Source: Thermoplasmata archaeon
GTDB lineage: Archaea; Thermoplasmatota; Thermoplasmata; Lutacidiplasmatales; UBA184
DNA: 41,696 bases
Direction: 5' to 3'
Assembly (NCBI GenBank): GCA_030037695.1
Contig: JASHQF010000040.1
Coordinates: 1 to 41,696, forward strand
Position numbers and translations under genes: made by a program. Below are positions 18,661 through 28,182 of this stretch, piece by piece (the stretch's first letter is position 1; each line of letters opens with the position of its first letter). Under the pieces are notes generated by a model. That model was not told where the DNA came from and made no database searches. It saw only the letters and a list, made by a program, of their open reading frames with translations.

Positions 18661-19998
18661 GTGACGGATCCCGTCCGGCCCCATCGGTTCGCGGCCCGGG
18701 TCCTCGACTGGCAGACCCCGGCCGAGATCGCGAGGGAGCTCGAGGCGACCGACAGCGATCCCGAGGGGGTCGGGATCATGGCGCGCAAGGGGAGGATCTA
18801 CCCGGTGCGCCTGGACGACGTCTCCCTGCGGGCCGCCCCGCTGCTGAAGCAGGAGGTCCTCGCGGTCGGCGGCGATTCGGCGCACGCGCGGGGGATCGCC
18901 GACCACTCCGCGGCGTCCTCCCCGGTCGTCCTGATCGCGACCTGGGGCCAGTACCAGCACCTCCTGCCGAAGCTCCGCCGCCAGCCGTTCCGGCTGAGCG
19001 AGCTCGCCGACGAGATCGAGGAGGCCCTCCGGGCGGCGACCGTGCGCGGCCCCCGCACGGTCCGGGGAGCCCATCGCTCGTTCGTCGTCGGGGACCGGCC
19101 CCGCGTCCTCGGCGTCGTCAACGTCACGCCCGACTCGTTCTCGGACGGGGGCCGGTACCTCGAGCCGGCGGCGGCGGTCGCCCAGGCCGAACGCCTCGTC
19201 GCCGAAGGGGCCGATGCGATCGACGTGGGAGGGGAGTCCACGCGCCCCGGGGCCGAGCCGGTGTCGCCCGACGCCGAATGGGGCCGGATCGCCCCGGTGC
19301 TCGAGCGCCTGGCGGGCCGCCTCGCCGTCCCGATCTCGGTCGACACCCGGCACGCGGAGGTCGCGGCGAAGGCGATCGCGGCCGGCGCGGACGTCGTCAA
19401 CGATGTCGAGGGGTTGCGCTCGGAGGCGATGCGGCGGGTCGTCGCCCGCTCGGGGGCCGCGGCGATCGTGCTACATATGCGGGGGGAGCCCCGGACGATG
19501 CAGCAGGAGCTCTCCTACGGGGACCTGCGCGGCGAGCTGTTCCGCGCGCTCCAGGCCGCGACGGACCGAGCGATCGACGACGGCATTCCGGCCGACCGGC
19601 TCCTCGTCGATCCCGGCCTTGGCTTCGGGAAATCCCCGGCGCAGTCGCTCGAGCTCCTGCTCCACCTCGCCGAGCTGCGGAGCCTCGGCTTCCCCGTCGC
19701 GGTCGGCGCCTCGCGTAAGTCGTTCCTGGGCTGGGCCCTGGGCGGGGGAGCCCCGGACGAACGCCTGGAGGCCGGCCTCGCCGCCGCCGTCCTCGCGGCC
19801 GAGCGCGGCGCGGACTGGATCCGGACCCACGACGTGGGGCCGACGGTGCGCGCGCTCGCGCTCGTCGCCCGGGCGCGGGCCCGGTCCGTCGACCGGACCG
19901 AGGCGGACGGAGGGCCGGCCGCGGTCCCCGCTCAGGGCGGGGCGTCGCCCGACCCCGACGTCGGCAGCTCGGTCTCGAAGACGAGCGAGCCGACGTAG
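18661..19998 (+). CDS. folP: dihydropteroate synthase with N-terminal extension domain
   Basis: GVVNVTPDSFSDGG, IDVGGESTRPG, ISVDT, DPGLGFGK, GASRKSF and IRTHDV motifs; GTG at 18661. Confidence 0.95.
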   Translation: MTDPVRPHRFAARVLDWQTPAEIARELEATDSDPEGVGIMARKGRIYPVRLDDVSLRAAPLLKQEVLAVGGDSAHARGIADHSAASSPVVLIATWGQYQHLLPKLRRQPFRLSELADEIEEALRAATVRGPRTVRGAHRSFVVGDRPRVLGVVNVTPDSFSDGGRYLEPAAAVAQAERLVAEGADAIDVGGESTRPGAEPVSPDAEWGRIAPVLERLAGRLAVPISVDTRHAEVAAKAIAAGADVVNDVEGLRSEAMRRVVARSGAAAIVLHMRGEPRTMQQELSYGDLRGELFRALQAATDRAIDDGIPADRLLVDPGLGFGKSPAQSLELLLHLAELRSLGFPVAVGASRKSFLGWALGGGAPDERLEAGLAAAVLAAERGADWIRTHDVGPTVRALALVARARARSVDRTEADGGPAAVPAQGGASPDPDVGSSVSKTSEPT

Positions 19999-20114
19999 TC
20001 GCAGGCGGCGCAGCGGTAGACCTGCCCCACGATCGAGCCCGCGATCAGGGCGATCCTCGGCGAGCCGCACTTCGGGCAGAGCAGGACGGTCCTACCGCGC
20101 GCCCGCCGCCGCAT
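19932..20114 (-). CDS. small Zn-ribbon protein
   Basis: CPKCGS...[10 protein letters not shown]; its start overlaps the gyrA 3' end. Confidence 0.75.
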   Translation of the reverse strand: MRRRARGRTVLLCPKCGSPRIALIAGSIVGQVYRCAACDYVGSLVFETELPTSGSGDAPP

Positions 20115-22725
20115 CGTCCGGCTCCGCCTCGTCCTCGTCGTCCGGCTCGGTGTCGGGAGGAGCGTCGGGCCCGTCGCCCTCTTCCTCCTCGTCCGCGGGG
20201 CCCCCGTCGAGGGCAGGAGGGCCGGGCGCCGGCGGCTCCGCCGCTCGGGGCCCCCCCTCGCCGGCCTCCTCGGCGGGCAGCTCCCGCACCACCGCGTCGC
20301 GCACGAGGTCCCCCTCGTCCAGGCGGATCACCCGGACGCCGAGGGTGTTGCGCGCCTGGGAGCGGATGCCGTGCACCGCGGCCCGGATCGTGATCCCCCG
20401 CTGGGTCGTCACGAGGACCTCGGAGGCGTCGGTGGTCGGGAGGATGGCGACGACGCCGCCGTTCCGCCCGCCGGTCCGGATCGTCCGGACCCCGTGGGCC
20501 CCGCGTCGGGTCCGGCGGTAGTCGTCGGTCGGGCTCCGCTTACCGTACCCCGTCGTCGTGAGGGTGAGCAGGGTCGGGAACCGCGCGCTCGCGGGGGCCA
20601 TCGCGACGACCCGGTCGTCCTTCGCATCGGAGAGCCGCACGCCGATCACCCCGTGCGTCGCCCGGCCCATCGGTCGCAGCTCCGCGAGCGGGAACCGCAC
20701 GAGCTGGCCCGCGAACGTGGCGAGGAGGATCTCCGTCGCCTCGTCCGCGACGAGCGCGACGTCGACGAGCTCGTCCCCCTCCTCGAGGAGGATCGCCTGG
20801 ATCCCGCTCGTCCGGATGTTCTGGTACTGATCGAGCTCGGTGCGCTTCACGAGGCCCCGGCGCGTCGCGAAGACGAGCGAGCCCGGGGCCGCGAGGTCGT
20901 GGAGCGGCAGGAGGGTGCGGACCTTCTCCCCGTCCTTGAGGCGCGGGAGGAGGTTGATCACCGCCTTGCCCTTGGAGTGGCGGCTCCCCTCGGGGAGCTC
21001 GTAGGTCTTGAGACGGTAGACGCGGCCGAGGTTCGTGAGGAACAGCAGCTCGTCGTGCGTCCGGGTGACGAAGGTGCGGATCACGACGTCCTCCTCCTTC
21101 GTCTCCATCTGGACGAGGCCGCGACCGCCGCGCCGCTGCCGGCGGTACTGGTCGAGCGGCAGGCGCTTCACGTAGCCGTCGCGCGTGACGAGGACGACCA
21201 CGTCGGCGTCCGGGATCAGGTCCTCGAGCGAGCGCTCGGTGAACGCGGGGACGAGCCGGGTCCGCCGCGGGTCGGCGAACCGTTGCTTGAGGTCCGCGAG
21301 CTCGTCGGCGATCAGCCGGTCGAGCGCCTTCGGCGAGGCGAGGATCCCCCGGAGCGTCTCGCGGAGCGTCTCCTTCTCCCCCTTCTCCCGCTCGAGCGCG
21401 TCGCGTTCGAGCCCGGTGAGTCGGGCGAGCCGCATGTCGAGGATCGCCTTCGCCTGCTCGGCGGAGAGGAGGAACTTCCCGCGCAGGCTCGCCTCGGCCG
21501 CGGCCGGGTCCCGCGAGCGCCGGAGGATCCGGACGACCTCGTCGATATGGTCGATCGCGGTGAGGAACCCCTCGAGGAGGTGGAGGCGCTCCTCGGTCTT
21601 CCTCAGGTCGAACTCGGTCCGGCGGGTGAGGGTCGTCCGACGGTGCTCGAGATGGATCTCGAGCAGGCCCTTGAGCCCGAGGACGACGGGGCGGCCCCGG
21701 ACGAGGCAGAGGTTGATCACGCCGAAGCTCGTCTCGAGGGGCGTGTGCTCGTAGAGACGGTTGAGCACGATCTCGGCCGGGGCGTCCCGGCGGAGCTCGA
21801 GGACGACGCTCGTCCCCGACCGGTCCGACTCGTCGCGGAGGTCGGTGACCCCGTCGAGCTTCTTCGCCTTCACGAGGTCGGCGATCAGCTCGAGCAGGGC
21901 GACCTTGTTGACCTCGTAGGGGATCTCGGTGATCACGATCTCGTCCTTGCCCCCCCGCTCGCGGATCTCCGCCTTCCCCCGCAGGTGGATCGTGCCGCGG
22001 CCGGTCGCGTAGGCGTCCCGGATCCCCTCGAGCGACGCGAAGCCGCCGGTCGGGAAGTCCGGACCCGGGATCGCGCCCATCAGCTCGTCGAGCGAGGCGT
22101 CCGGGCGTTCCAGCAGGAGCAAGAGGCCGTCGACGACCTCACCGAGGTGGTGGGGCGGCATGCTCGTCGCCATGCCGACCGCGATCCCGGCGGACCCGTT
22201 GACGAGAAGGTTCGGCAGCTTCGACGGCAGGACCGTCGGTTCCTTGAGCGAACCGTCGAAATTGTCGATCCAGTCGACGGTCTCCTTCTCGAGGTCCTGG
22301 AGGCTCTCCTCGGCGAGCGAGGCGAGCCGCGCCTCGGTGTACCGCATCGCGGCGGGGGCGTCGCCGTCGAGGGAGCCGAAGTTCCCCTGGCCGTCGATGA
22401 GCGGGTAGCGTAGGCTGAACGGCTGGGCCATCCGGGCGAGCGCGTCGTAGACGGCGAGGTCCCCGTGGGGGTGGTACTTCCCGAGGACGTCCCCGACGGT
22501 CCTCGCGCTCTTGCGATGCGGCCGGTCGTGGGTCGCTCCGCTCTCCCACATCGACCAGAGGATCCGTCGCTGGACCGGCTTCAGGCCGTCCCGGCCGTCG
22601 GGGAGGGCCCGCCCGACGATCACGCTCATCGCGTAGTCGAGGTACGATCGATGGAGCTCCTCCTCGAGCGGGCGGTCCCGGACCCGGTCGACCGTCGCGG
22701 GCGGGGTCGCCGGGGCCGCGCTCAT
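20092..22725 (-). CDS. gyrA: DNA gyrase subunit A
   Basis: [30 protein letters not shown] (catalytic Tyr), GyrA-box QRRGGRG, beta-pinwheel repeats and an acidic tail; ATG at 22725 overlaps the DHH gene stop. Confidence 0.97.
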   Translation of the reverse strand: MSAAPATPPATVDRVRDRPLEEELHRSYLDYAMSVIVGRALPDGRDGLKPVQRRILWSMWESGATHDRPHRKSARTVGDVLGKYHPHGDLAVYDALARMAQPFSLRYPLIDGQGNFGSLDGDAPAAMRYTEARLASLAEESLQDLEKETVDWIDNFDGSLKEPTVLPSKLPNLLVNGSAGIAVGMATSMPPHHLGEVVDGLLLLLERPDASLDELMGAIPGPDFPTGGFASLEGIRDAYATGRGTIHLRGKAEIRERGGKDEIVITEIPYEVNKVALLELIADLVKAKKLDGVTDLRDESDRSGTSVVLELRRDAPAEIVLNRLYEHTPLETSFGVINLCLVRGRPVVLGLKGLLEIHLEHRRTTLTRRTEFDLRKTEERLHLLEGFLTAIDHIDEVVRILRRSRDPAAAEASLRGKFLLSAEQAKAILDMRLARLTGLERDALEREKGEKETLRETLRGILASPKALDRLIADELADLKQRFADPRRTRLVPAFTERSLEDLIPDADVVVLVTRDGYVKRLPLDQYRRQRRGGRGLVQMETKEEDVVIRTFVTRTHDELLFLTNLGRVYRLKTYELPEGSRHSKGKAVINLLPRLKDGEKVRTLLPLHDLAAPGSLVFATRRGLVKRTELDQYQNIRTSGIQAILLEEGDELVDVALVADEATEILLATFAGQLVRFPLAELRPMGRATHGVIGVRLSDAKDDRVVAMAPASARFPTLLTLTTTGYGKRSPTDDYRRTRRGAHGVRTIRTGGRNGGVVAILPTTDASEVLVTTQRGITIRAAVHGIRSQARNTLGVRVIRLDEGDLVRDAVVRELPAEEAGEGGPRAAEPPAPGPPALDGGPADEEEEGDGPDAPPDTEPDDEDEAEPDDAAAGAR

Positions 22726-24116
22726 CCGCCGACCCCCGGGGGCCCGAGCTGCCGACCGATCTCGCGGTTCGCCGCCTCGAGGAACCGATCGCGGGCGCCG
22801 GGCGGGATCGTCGCGCCGCTCGCGACGCGGTGGCCGCCCCCCTCGCCCCCGACCTCGGCGGCCGCGGTGCGCAGCGCGCTCGCGAGATCGAGCCCCCGGT
22901 CGACCTGCTGGCGGAGGCCGCGCCCGCTCACCTTGGTCGGCTCGGTCCCTGCGTCGGAGAAGACGAGCACCGGGAGGTCCGGCGGCAGGAGGTAGTTCAT
23001 GGCGAGCCCGGCCTGGGTCCCCGCGAGCGGTAGCTCGGGGCTCTCGAACCAGCGCAGGGCGCTCATCGAACGGACCCCACCGTCCTCGATCCGGCCGAGT
23101 CCCCGGAGGACCCCGGCGCGCCAGTCCGCCTCGGCCTCGGCGGCCCGGCTCCGCGCCCCGGGGTCCCCGAGGGCGAGCGCGACCCCGACGCCCGGGATGC
23201 CGGCGCGGCCCGCCGCGTTCTGCAGGTTGGAGAGCTCCTCGGCGTCGGTCGCGAGGTCGGGGAGGTACCATCGCTCGCCGCCCACCATGCCGACGAACTC
23301 CGGCAGGACGCCCGCCCCCTCGAGGCGGCGGCGCAACGCCCGTTCGAGGCGCTCGGCGGCGTCGGCCGCGAGCTCCGTCGGCCTCGTCCCGGGCGCGATC
23401 GCCAGCTCGCGGAGGAACGCCTCGGCCGCGTCGGGCCTTCGGGAGAGCCCGCGGACGTACGGGTCGACGCTCCCGGCGAGCGCCTCCCGCAGCGTCGGGC
23501 CGAACAGCGGGAGGCCCCGACGGGGACGCACGAGGGAGCGACGGGCGGCCTCGGCCACGAGCGTGCCGTTGAGGCCCCGGAACCCCCCCACGTGCTGGCG
23601 GTCGTGGATCGCACCGGAGAGGCCCCACGGAGCGTTGTCCCAGTTCGCGGGGTCGAGGAACACCGTGAACAGCCAACTGAGGGTGGCGGCGGAGAGCTCG
23701 GTCGCCCCGTCGACCCCCCAGTCGAGCGGGTTGACGAACGCGACGTGATCGGGGAGGCGCGGGGGTTCGGGGACCCCGGGGTACCGGTGGTGGTCGAGCA
23801 CGATCACCGGGTGGTCGTGCTCGGCGAACCGGTCGAGCCAGCTCGCGCCCGTGTCCGCGACGAGGACCGGTCCGGGGGTCGCCCGGAGCAACGCCGAGAT
23901 CCGCGCGCGCTCGACGCCCGCGAGCGGCGTCGCCTGGGCCGGATACCCGAGCCGCGCGAGCGCCCGCAGGAGCGCGGAGGCGCTCCCGACCCCGTCCCCG
24001 TCGTAGTGGTAGACGACCCGCCAACGGCGCGGGGTCCCGAGCAGGAGGCCCCGTGCGCGCGCGAACTCCTCGCGGTACCGGGGGTGGTCGACGAGCCCGT
24101 CCGGACCCGAGGGCAT
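22722..24116 (-). CDS. DHH/DHHA1 RecJ-like nuclease
   Basis: HYDGDG, ADTG, LDHH and [10 protein letters not shown] motifs; conserved archaeal position downstream of rps15 (TGATG overlap). Confidence 0.92.
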   Translation of the reverse strand: MPSGPDGLVDHPRYREEFARARGLLLGTPRRWRVVYHYDGDGVGSASALLRALARLGYPAQATPLAGVERARISALLRATPGPVLVADTGASWLDRFAEHDHPVIVLDHHRYPGVPEPPRLPDHVAFVNPLDWGVDGATELSAATLSWLFTVFLDPANWDNAPWGLSGAIHDRQHVGGFRGLNGTLVAEAARRSLVRPRRGLPLFGPTLREALAGSVDPYVRGLSRRPDAAEAFLRELAIAPGTRPTELAADAAERLERALRRRLEGAGVLPEFVGMVGGERWYLPDLATDAEELSNLQNAAGRAGIPGVGVALALGDPGARSRAAEAEADWRAGVLRGLGRIEDGGVRSMSALRWFESPELPLAGTQAGLAMNYLLPPDLPVLVFSDAGTEPTKVSGRGLRQQVDRGLDLASALRTAAAEVGGEGGGHRVASGATIPPGARDRFLEAANREIGRQLGPPGVGG

Positions 24117-24571
24117 CACTCGACCTGGAGCGCGGCGCCGGCGGCAGAGTACCGCCAGCCCTCCGGGATCCGGCGGTGCTGCCGGTAGTAGCGGGCCAGT
24201 CGGCGGATCCGGGCCTCCATCAGCGTGAGACCCCGACGGTTCGACCGGTCGTTCGGGTGGGTTTCGAGGTGGCGCTGCAGGTGGACGACGCGTTTGAGGA
24301 GCGCCTGGAGATCGTCCGGGATCTCGGGCCGTATCCCCTGCTCGGCGAGCAGGGCCCCGAGGCGCCGGCCCGTGACGGCGCGGGAGGACGGAACGGCGTA
24401 GCTGTCGCGCAGGACCTGACCGACCTGCGCGGCCGACCGGCCTCCCTTCGCGAGCTGGACCGCCTGCGCCACGACCTCTTCGGCGGACGCGGTGACCCAC
24501 CCCGGCCGGACGGTCGGGTACGGGCGGTGCGAGCCCGCCTTCCCCTTTCGTCCGGAGTGGATCCTGGACAT
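24116..24571 (-). CDS. rps15: 30S ribosomal protein S15 (uS15, archaeal S15/S13e type)
   Basis: [21 protein letters not shown] and [10 protein letters not shown] motifs. Confidence 0.97.
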   Translation of the reverse strand: MSRIHSGRKGKAGSHRPYPTVRPGWVTASAEEVVAQAVQLAKGGRSAAQVGQVLRDSYAVPSSRAVTGRRLGALLAEQGIRPEIPDDLQALLKRVVHLQRHLETHPNDRSNRRGLTLMEARIRRLARYYRQHRRIPEGWRYSAAGAALQVE

Positions 24572-24597
24572 GGAACGCCGCTGACGAGGGTTCGGTA

Positions 24598-24608
24598 CTT
24601 AACGGTTC
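24598..24608 (-). promoter_or_regulatory. BRE-TATA promoter GAACCGTTAAG of rps15-DHH-gyrA
   Basis: Reverse complement of cttaacggttc, 26 nt upstream of the rps15 ATG. Confidence 0.65.
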
Positions 24609-24646
24609 GCCGGACGACGGGTTTTCTCGAGGGCCGGGGGGCCTTC

Positions 24647-24988
24647 CTAGGCGATCCGGTCGGTCTGGTGGACCGCGTCCAGGAGGAACTGCTTGCCCTG
24701 CGCGGTGATGCCGTACCGGGCCGGTCCCCGGACGCGCGGCGTCTTCGGCGAGGGGGCCCCGAGCTCGGCCCGGACGAGCCCGTTGCGCACGAGCAGGCCG
24801 AGGGCGTGGGGCAGCCGGACCCCGCGCTCGTCGACCGCCCAGAACTTCCGCAGGTTCCGCTCGAGATCGTCGAGCGCGAGCGTCTGCTCCCGGGCGTTCC
24901 CCTCGTGGAGCGACTCCGCCCGGTTGAGCTGCTGAAGGATCGCGACGAACGTCGCCCGGACCGGGTCCGGGCCGTCCGGCGCCTCCAT
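24647..24988 (-). CDS. hypothetical protein, possible winged helix
   Basis: ALGLLVRNGLV...YGITAQGKQFL resembles a wHTH wing; a TTTATG TATA-like box lies about 30 nt upstream. Confidence 0.7.
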   Translation of the reverse strand: MEAPDGPDPVRATFVAILQQLNRAESLHEGNAREQTLALDDLERNLRKFWAVDERGVRLPHALGLLVRNGLVRAELGAPSPKTPRVRGPARYGITAQGKQFLLDAVHQTDRIA

Positions 24989-25107
24989 CGGCCGTGACTC
25001 TGGTCGGTCCCCCTACATAAACTCAGTTCGGCGGGGACGCGGGACCGACGCGGCCGGCGTTCGGGGGCCCGCGCGCTTTTAGCCGCCGGGAGGCCCTACC
25101 CCCCTCG

Positions 25108-25416
25108 ATGGCCTGCACCTGCCGCAGTCCCGCCCGCTGCCCGGTCTGCAACGCCCAGGTGCGGGTCCCCCTCTCCAACCTCGAGAACGCCGCCGGTGCG
25201 GCGATCCTGGTCGACCGGTTCGCGCGGCGCGACTCGTCCTCCTCGCGCGAGGGCCTCCGGCGCCTGATCGAGGGGACCGCGACCTGCCCGGCGTGCGGCC
25301 ACTCGATCTACTTCGAGCATTCCCGGATCTGCGTATCGAGCGCCCTCACGAGCGCGGGGGTCCCCCCGATGGAGCGCGAGGCGATCCTCGCCCGGATCAC
25401 GTTCCCCGAGGCGTAG
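25108..25416 (+). CDS. hypothetical Cys-rich zinc-binding protein
   Basis: CTC, CPVC and CPACGH motifs; CTTTTAG TATA-like box about 26 nt upstream; precedes trpS. Confidence 0.7.
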   Translation: MACTCRSPARCPVCNAQVRVPLSNLENAAGAAILVDRFARRDSSSSREGLRRLIEGTATCPACGHSIYFEHSRICVSSALTSAGVPPMEREAILARITFPEA

Positions 25417-25429
25417 CGGACCCACAGCG

Positions 25430-26578
25430 ATGCCCGGGCCCGAGGAGTTCGTCGTCACCCCCTACGAGGTCCGGGGCCGGATCGATTACGACAAGCTGCG
25501 CGAGCAGTTCGGCACCCAGGCGATCACCGCCGAGCTCCTCGCGCGGCTCCGCCGGCTCGCCGGAGGCGAGCTCTCCCCGCTGCTCGCCCGGGGGATCTAC
25601 TACTCCCATCGGGACCTCGGCGCGCTCCTGGACGGGTTCGAGCACGGGCGGCCGTTCTTCCTGTACTCGGGACGCGGGCCGTCCGGCCCCCTGCACACCT
25701 CGCACCTCGTGCAGTTCGAGCTGTGCCGCTGGATCCAGGAGCGTTTCCGCGTCCCGATGTACATCCAGATCACCGACGACGAGAAGTTCTGGGCCCGCAG
25801 CGGGCTCTCCCGCGAGGAGATCGCCCGCTGGGGGCTCGAGAACCTCTACGACATCCTCGCCCTCGGCTTCGATCCGAAGCGCACGCACGTCTTCTTCGAC
25901 TCCCGCTCGATCGCGGCGCTCTATCCGCTCGCGATCCGGGTCGCGCGGAAGATCCCGTACTCCACGGTGAAGGCGGTCTTCGGCTTCGAACCGTCGACGA
26001 ACATCGGTCTCGTCTTCTACACCGCCCTCCAGTCGGTCCCGTGCTTCTGGCCGTCCTGGGCCGAGGGGAAGGAGGTGCCCTGCCTCATCCCCTGCGGCGT
26101 CGACCAGGACCCTCACTTCCGCGTGACGCGCGACGTCGCCGAGGGGCTCGGCTACCCGAAGCCGGCGCTCCTCCACAGCCAGATGATCCCCGCGCTCACC
26201 GGCGACGGGGCGATGTCGACGACGGGGAGCCCGGCCGACGCGGCCCTCTTCCTGGACGACCCTCCCGCGGTCGTGGAGCGGAAGGTCCGCAACGCGTTCA
26301 CGGGGGGCCGGGCGACCGTCGAGGAGCAACGGCGGCTCGGGGCGACCCCCGAGATCTGCTCGATCTGGGCGCTCTGGCGGACGCGGTTCGCCGAATCGGA
26401 GGCGAAGTTCCAGGAGGTCACCGCGGGCTGCCGCTCGGGGTCGCTCCTCTGCGGCGAGTGCAAGGCGTCGCTGCTCGAGAGGATCCGACCGTTCCTGCGC
26501 ACCCACGCCGAGGCGCGCGAGCGGACCAAGGCCTGGGCCGAGTCGACGATCGTGACCGAGGCCCCGCGGCCCCTCTAG
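25430..26578 (+). CDS. trpS: tryptophanyl-tRNA synthetase (archaeal/eukaryotic type)
   Basis: VTPYEV, YSGRGPSGPLHTSH, TDDEKF, GVDQDPHFR, AFTGG and LLCGECK motifs. Confidence 0.96.
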   Translation: MPGPEEFVVTPYEVRGRIDYDKLREQFGTQAITAELLARLRRLAGGELSPLLARGIYYSHRDLGALLDGFEHGRPFFLYSGRGPSGPLHTSHLVQFELCRWIQERFRVPMYIQITDDEKFWARSGLSREEIARWGLENLYDILALGFDPKRTHVFFDSRSIAALYPLAIRVARKIPYSTVKAVFGFEPSTNIGLVFYTALQSVPCFWPSWAEGKEVPCLIPCGVDQDPHFRVTRDVAEGLGYPKPALLHSQMIPALTGDGAMSTTGSPADAALFLDDPPAVVERKVRNAFTGGRATVEEQRRLGATPEICSIWALWRTRFAESEAKFQEVTAGCRSGSLLCGECKASLLERIRPFLRTHAEARERTKAWAESTIVTEAPRPL

Positions 26579-27339
26579 CCGACCTCGGGCCGGCGCGGTC
26601 GCCGCACCTCAGGGCTGGGCGCGGGCGGGGCGGCGGGGCCGGGGATCCCCGGCAGCGGCACGTCGCCGCCCTCCACGGCCGTGAGCAACCGCAGCATCGC
26701 GGGGAACAGCGAGTGGCGGGCGCGTTCGGGGTCGAGGGTGTACGCTCGCTCGTAGGCGGCGATCGCCTCTTCCTGGTCGCCGAGGGAGAGGAGGGAGAGC
26801 GCGAGATCGAGCCAGCTCTTCACCTCGCGCGCGCCCTCGCGGGCCCCCCCCTCGTCGACGTGGTCGTCGAACCGTCCGCCCGCGAACGACGGGGTCGCGA
26901 GCGGCCGGGCCCCCGTCTCGCGCTCGGCCGGCACCTCGCGGGAGAGGACCAGCGCGCGCTCGAACGCCGACGAGGCGCCCCGCTCGTCCCCGGACTCGGC
27001 GAGGGCGACCCCGAGGCGGTGCCAGGCGACGACGTCGTCCGGCGCGATCGCGACCGCCCGCCGGTACGCCTCCGCGGCGTCCTTCCACTCGTCCTGCTGG
27101 GAGCGGGCGACCCCGAGGTGGAACCAGGCCTCGGCGTTGGACGGAGCGAGGGCGACCGCCCGGGCGAGCGCCGCCTCGGCGTCGTTCGCCCGGCCGAGGT
27201 GGGCGAGCGCGATCCCGTAGTACGACCAGGCGGCCGCGTGCGTCGGGGTCTCCCGGATCACCTCGAGGAACGCCCGGACGGCGGGCTCGTACTCCCGGTT
27301 CCGGAACCGCTGGAGGCCGACATCGAAGCGGCTCGTCAT
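26575..27339 (-). CDS. tetratricopeptide repeat protein
   Basis: Repeated 34-aa units (AWSYYGIAL, AWFHLGVA, AWHRLGVAL, SWLDLALSL). Confidence 0.92.
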   Translation of the reverse strand: MTSRFDVGLQRFRNREYEPAVRAFLEVIRETPTHAAAWSYYGIALAHLGRANDAEAALARAVALAPSNAEAWFHLGVARSQQDEWKDAAEAYRRAVAIAPDDVVAWHRLGVALAESGDERGASSAFERALVLSREVPAERETGARPLATPSFAGGRFDDHVDEGGAREGAREVKSWLDLALSLLSLGDQEEAIAAYERAYTLDPERARHSLFPAMLRLLTAVEGGDVPLPGIPGPAAPPAPSPEVRRPRRPEVG

Positions 27340-27586
27340 CCCGGCGGCGGGGGGTGCGCCCCGGGCAAGAAAAGCCTGCCGCCCGAGAGGGCGCGGCGAC
27401 CGGGGGCCGCCCGCGGGGCCCGCGAGGGTTATATCCCCGTGGCTCCGTCGGTCCCCAAGGAATCCGCGAGTCCGGCCCGATCGAGCGTCCTGCCCGTCCT
27501 AGTTCTGCGACGAGTGTTCGCACGAGGCGAGACCCCTCCCTGATTCCGAAGCGAACCGAAACGCAGACCAAGGGGCGAGACGAACG

Positions 27587-28081
27587 ATGGTGGACAAGCC
27601 GTTGACCAAGGTGCGAGACCTAACGCCGAACTCGAAGCAAGTGAACGTGCTCGCGAAGGTGATCAACATCGGCGAGGCGAAGGAAGTGATGGGCAAGTTC
27701 GGGGACCCGAGGAAGGTCTGCGAAGCCGTCGTCGGCGACGACACGGCGACGATCATCCTCTCCCTCTGGAACGAGCAGATCGGCTCGATCGCGAAGGACG
27801 AAGTCGTCCTCGTCGACAACGGCTACGTCTCGCTCGTCCGCGGCCACATGCGCCTCAACGTCGGACGCTACGGGAACCTCTCGAAGTCGTCCGAGGCGCT
27901 CGGGGAGATCAACCAGTCCCTCGACATGAGCCAGCAGGAGTTCGAGAGCGAGCGCCGCTCGTTCGGCGGCGGCGGCTACCGCGACCGGGGCGGAGGCTAC
28001 GGCAGCCGCTACGGGGGCGGCGGCGGGGGCGGCGGGGGGAGCGGGGGGCGCGAGCGCTCCGACTCCTACAAGCGCTACTAG
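27587..28081 (+). CDS. ssb: single-stranded DNA-binding protein, single OB fold with Gly/Arg-rich tail
   Basis: KVRDLTP..KQVNV, VGDDTATIILSLW and NGYVSLVRGHMRLNVGRYG motifs; disordered RGG-like tail. Confidence 0.92.
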   Translation: MVDKPLTKVRDLTPNSKQVNVLAKVINIGEAKEVMGKFGDPRKVCEAVVGDDTATIILSLWNEQIGSIAKDEVVLVDNGYVSLVRGHMRLNVGRYGNLSKSSEALGEINQSLDMSQQEFESERRSFGGGGYRDRGGGYGSRYGGGGGGGGGSGGRERSDSYKRY

Positions 28082-28182
28082 CGCCCGAACGCGACGCGCG
28101 GGGCCCGAACCCTTTCCTCCCTTTCCCTTCGACTCGACCGAGATTGCATTAAATAGCCCGCCCGCTCCGCCGACCGCCGACG

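Noticed and set aside
19932..19998. Convergent 3' overlaps (folP/Zn-ribbon 67 nt; kinase 2/sixA 41 nt)
   Set aside because: Low-complexity tails running on to the next available stop are expected in GC-rich genomes; there is no evidence of function.
27964..28050. GGC-rich tandem-like sequence
   Set aside because: It encodes the Gly-rich tail of SSB and is not a repeat element or CRISPR.
28082..28135. Possible terminator after ssb (pyrimidine tract cctttcctccctttcccttc)
   Set aside because: Plausible archaeal terminator, but there is no clear T-run or hairpin, so it cannot be supported from sequence alone.
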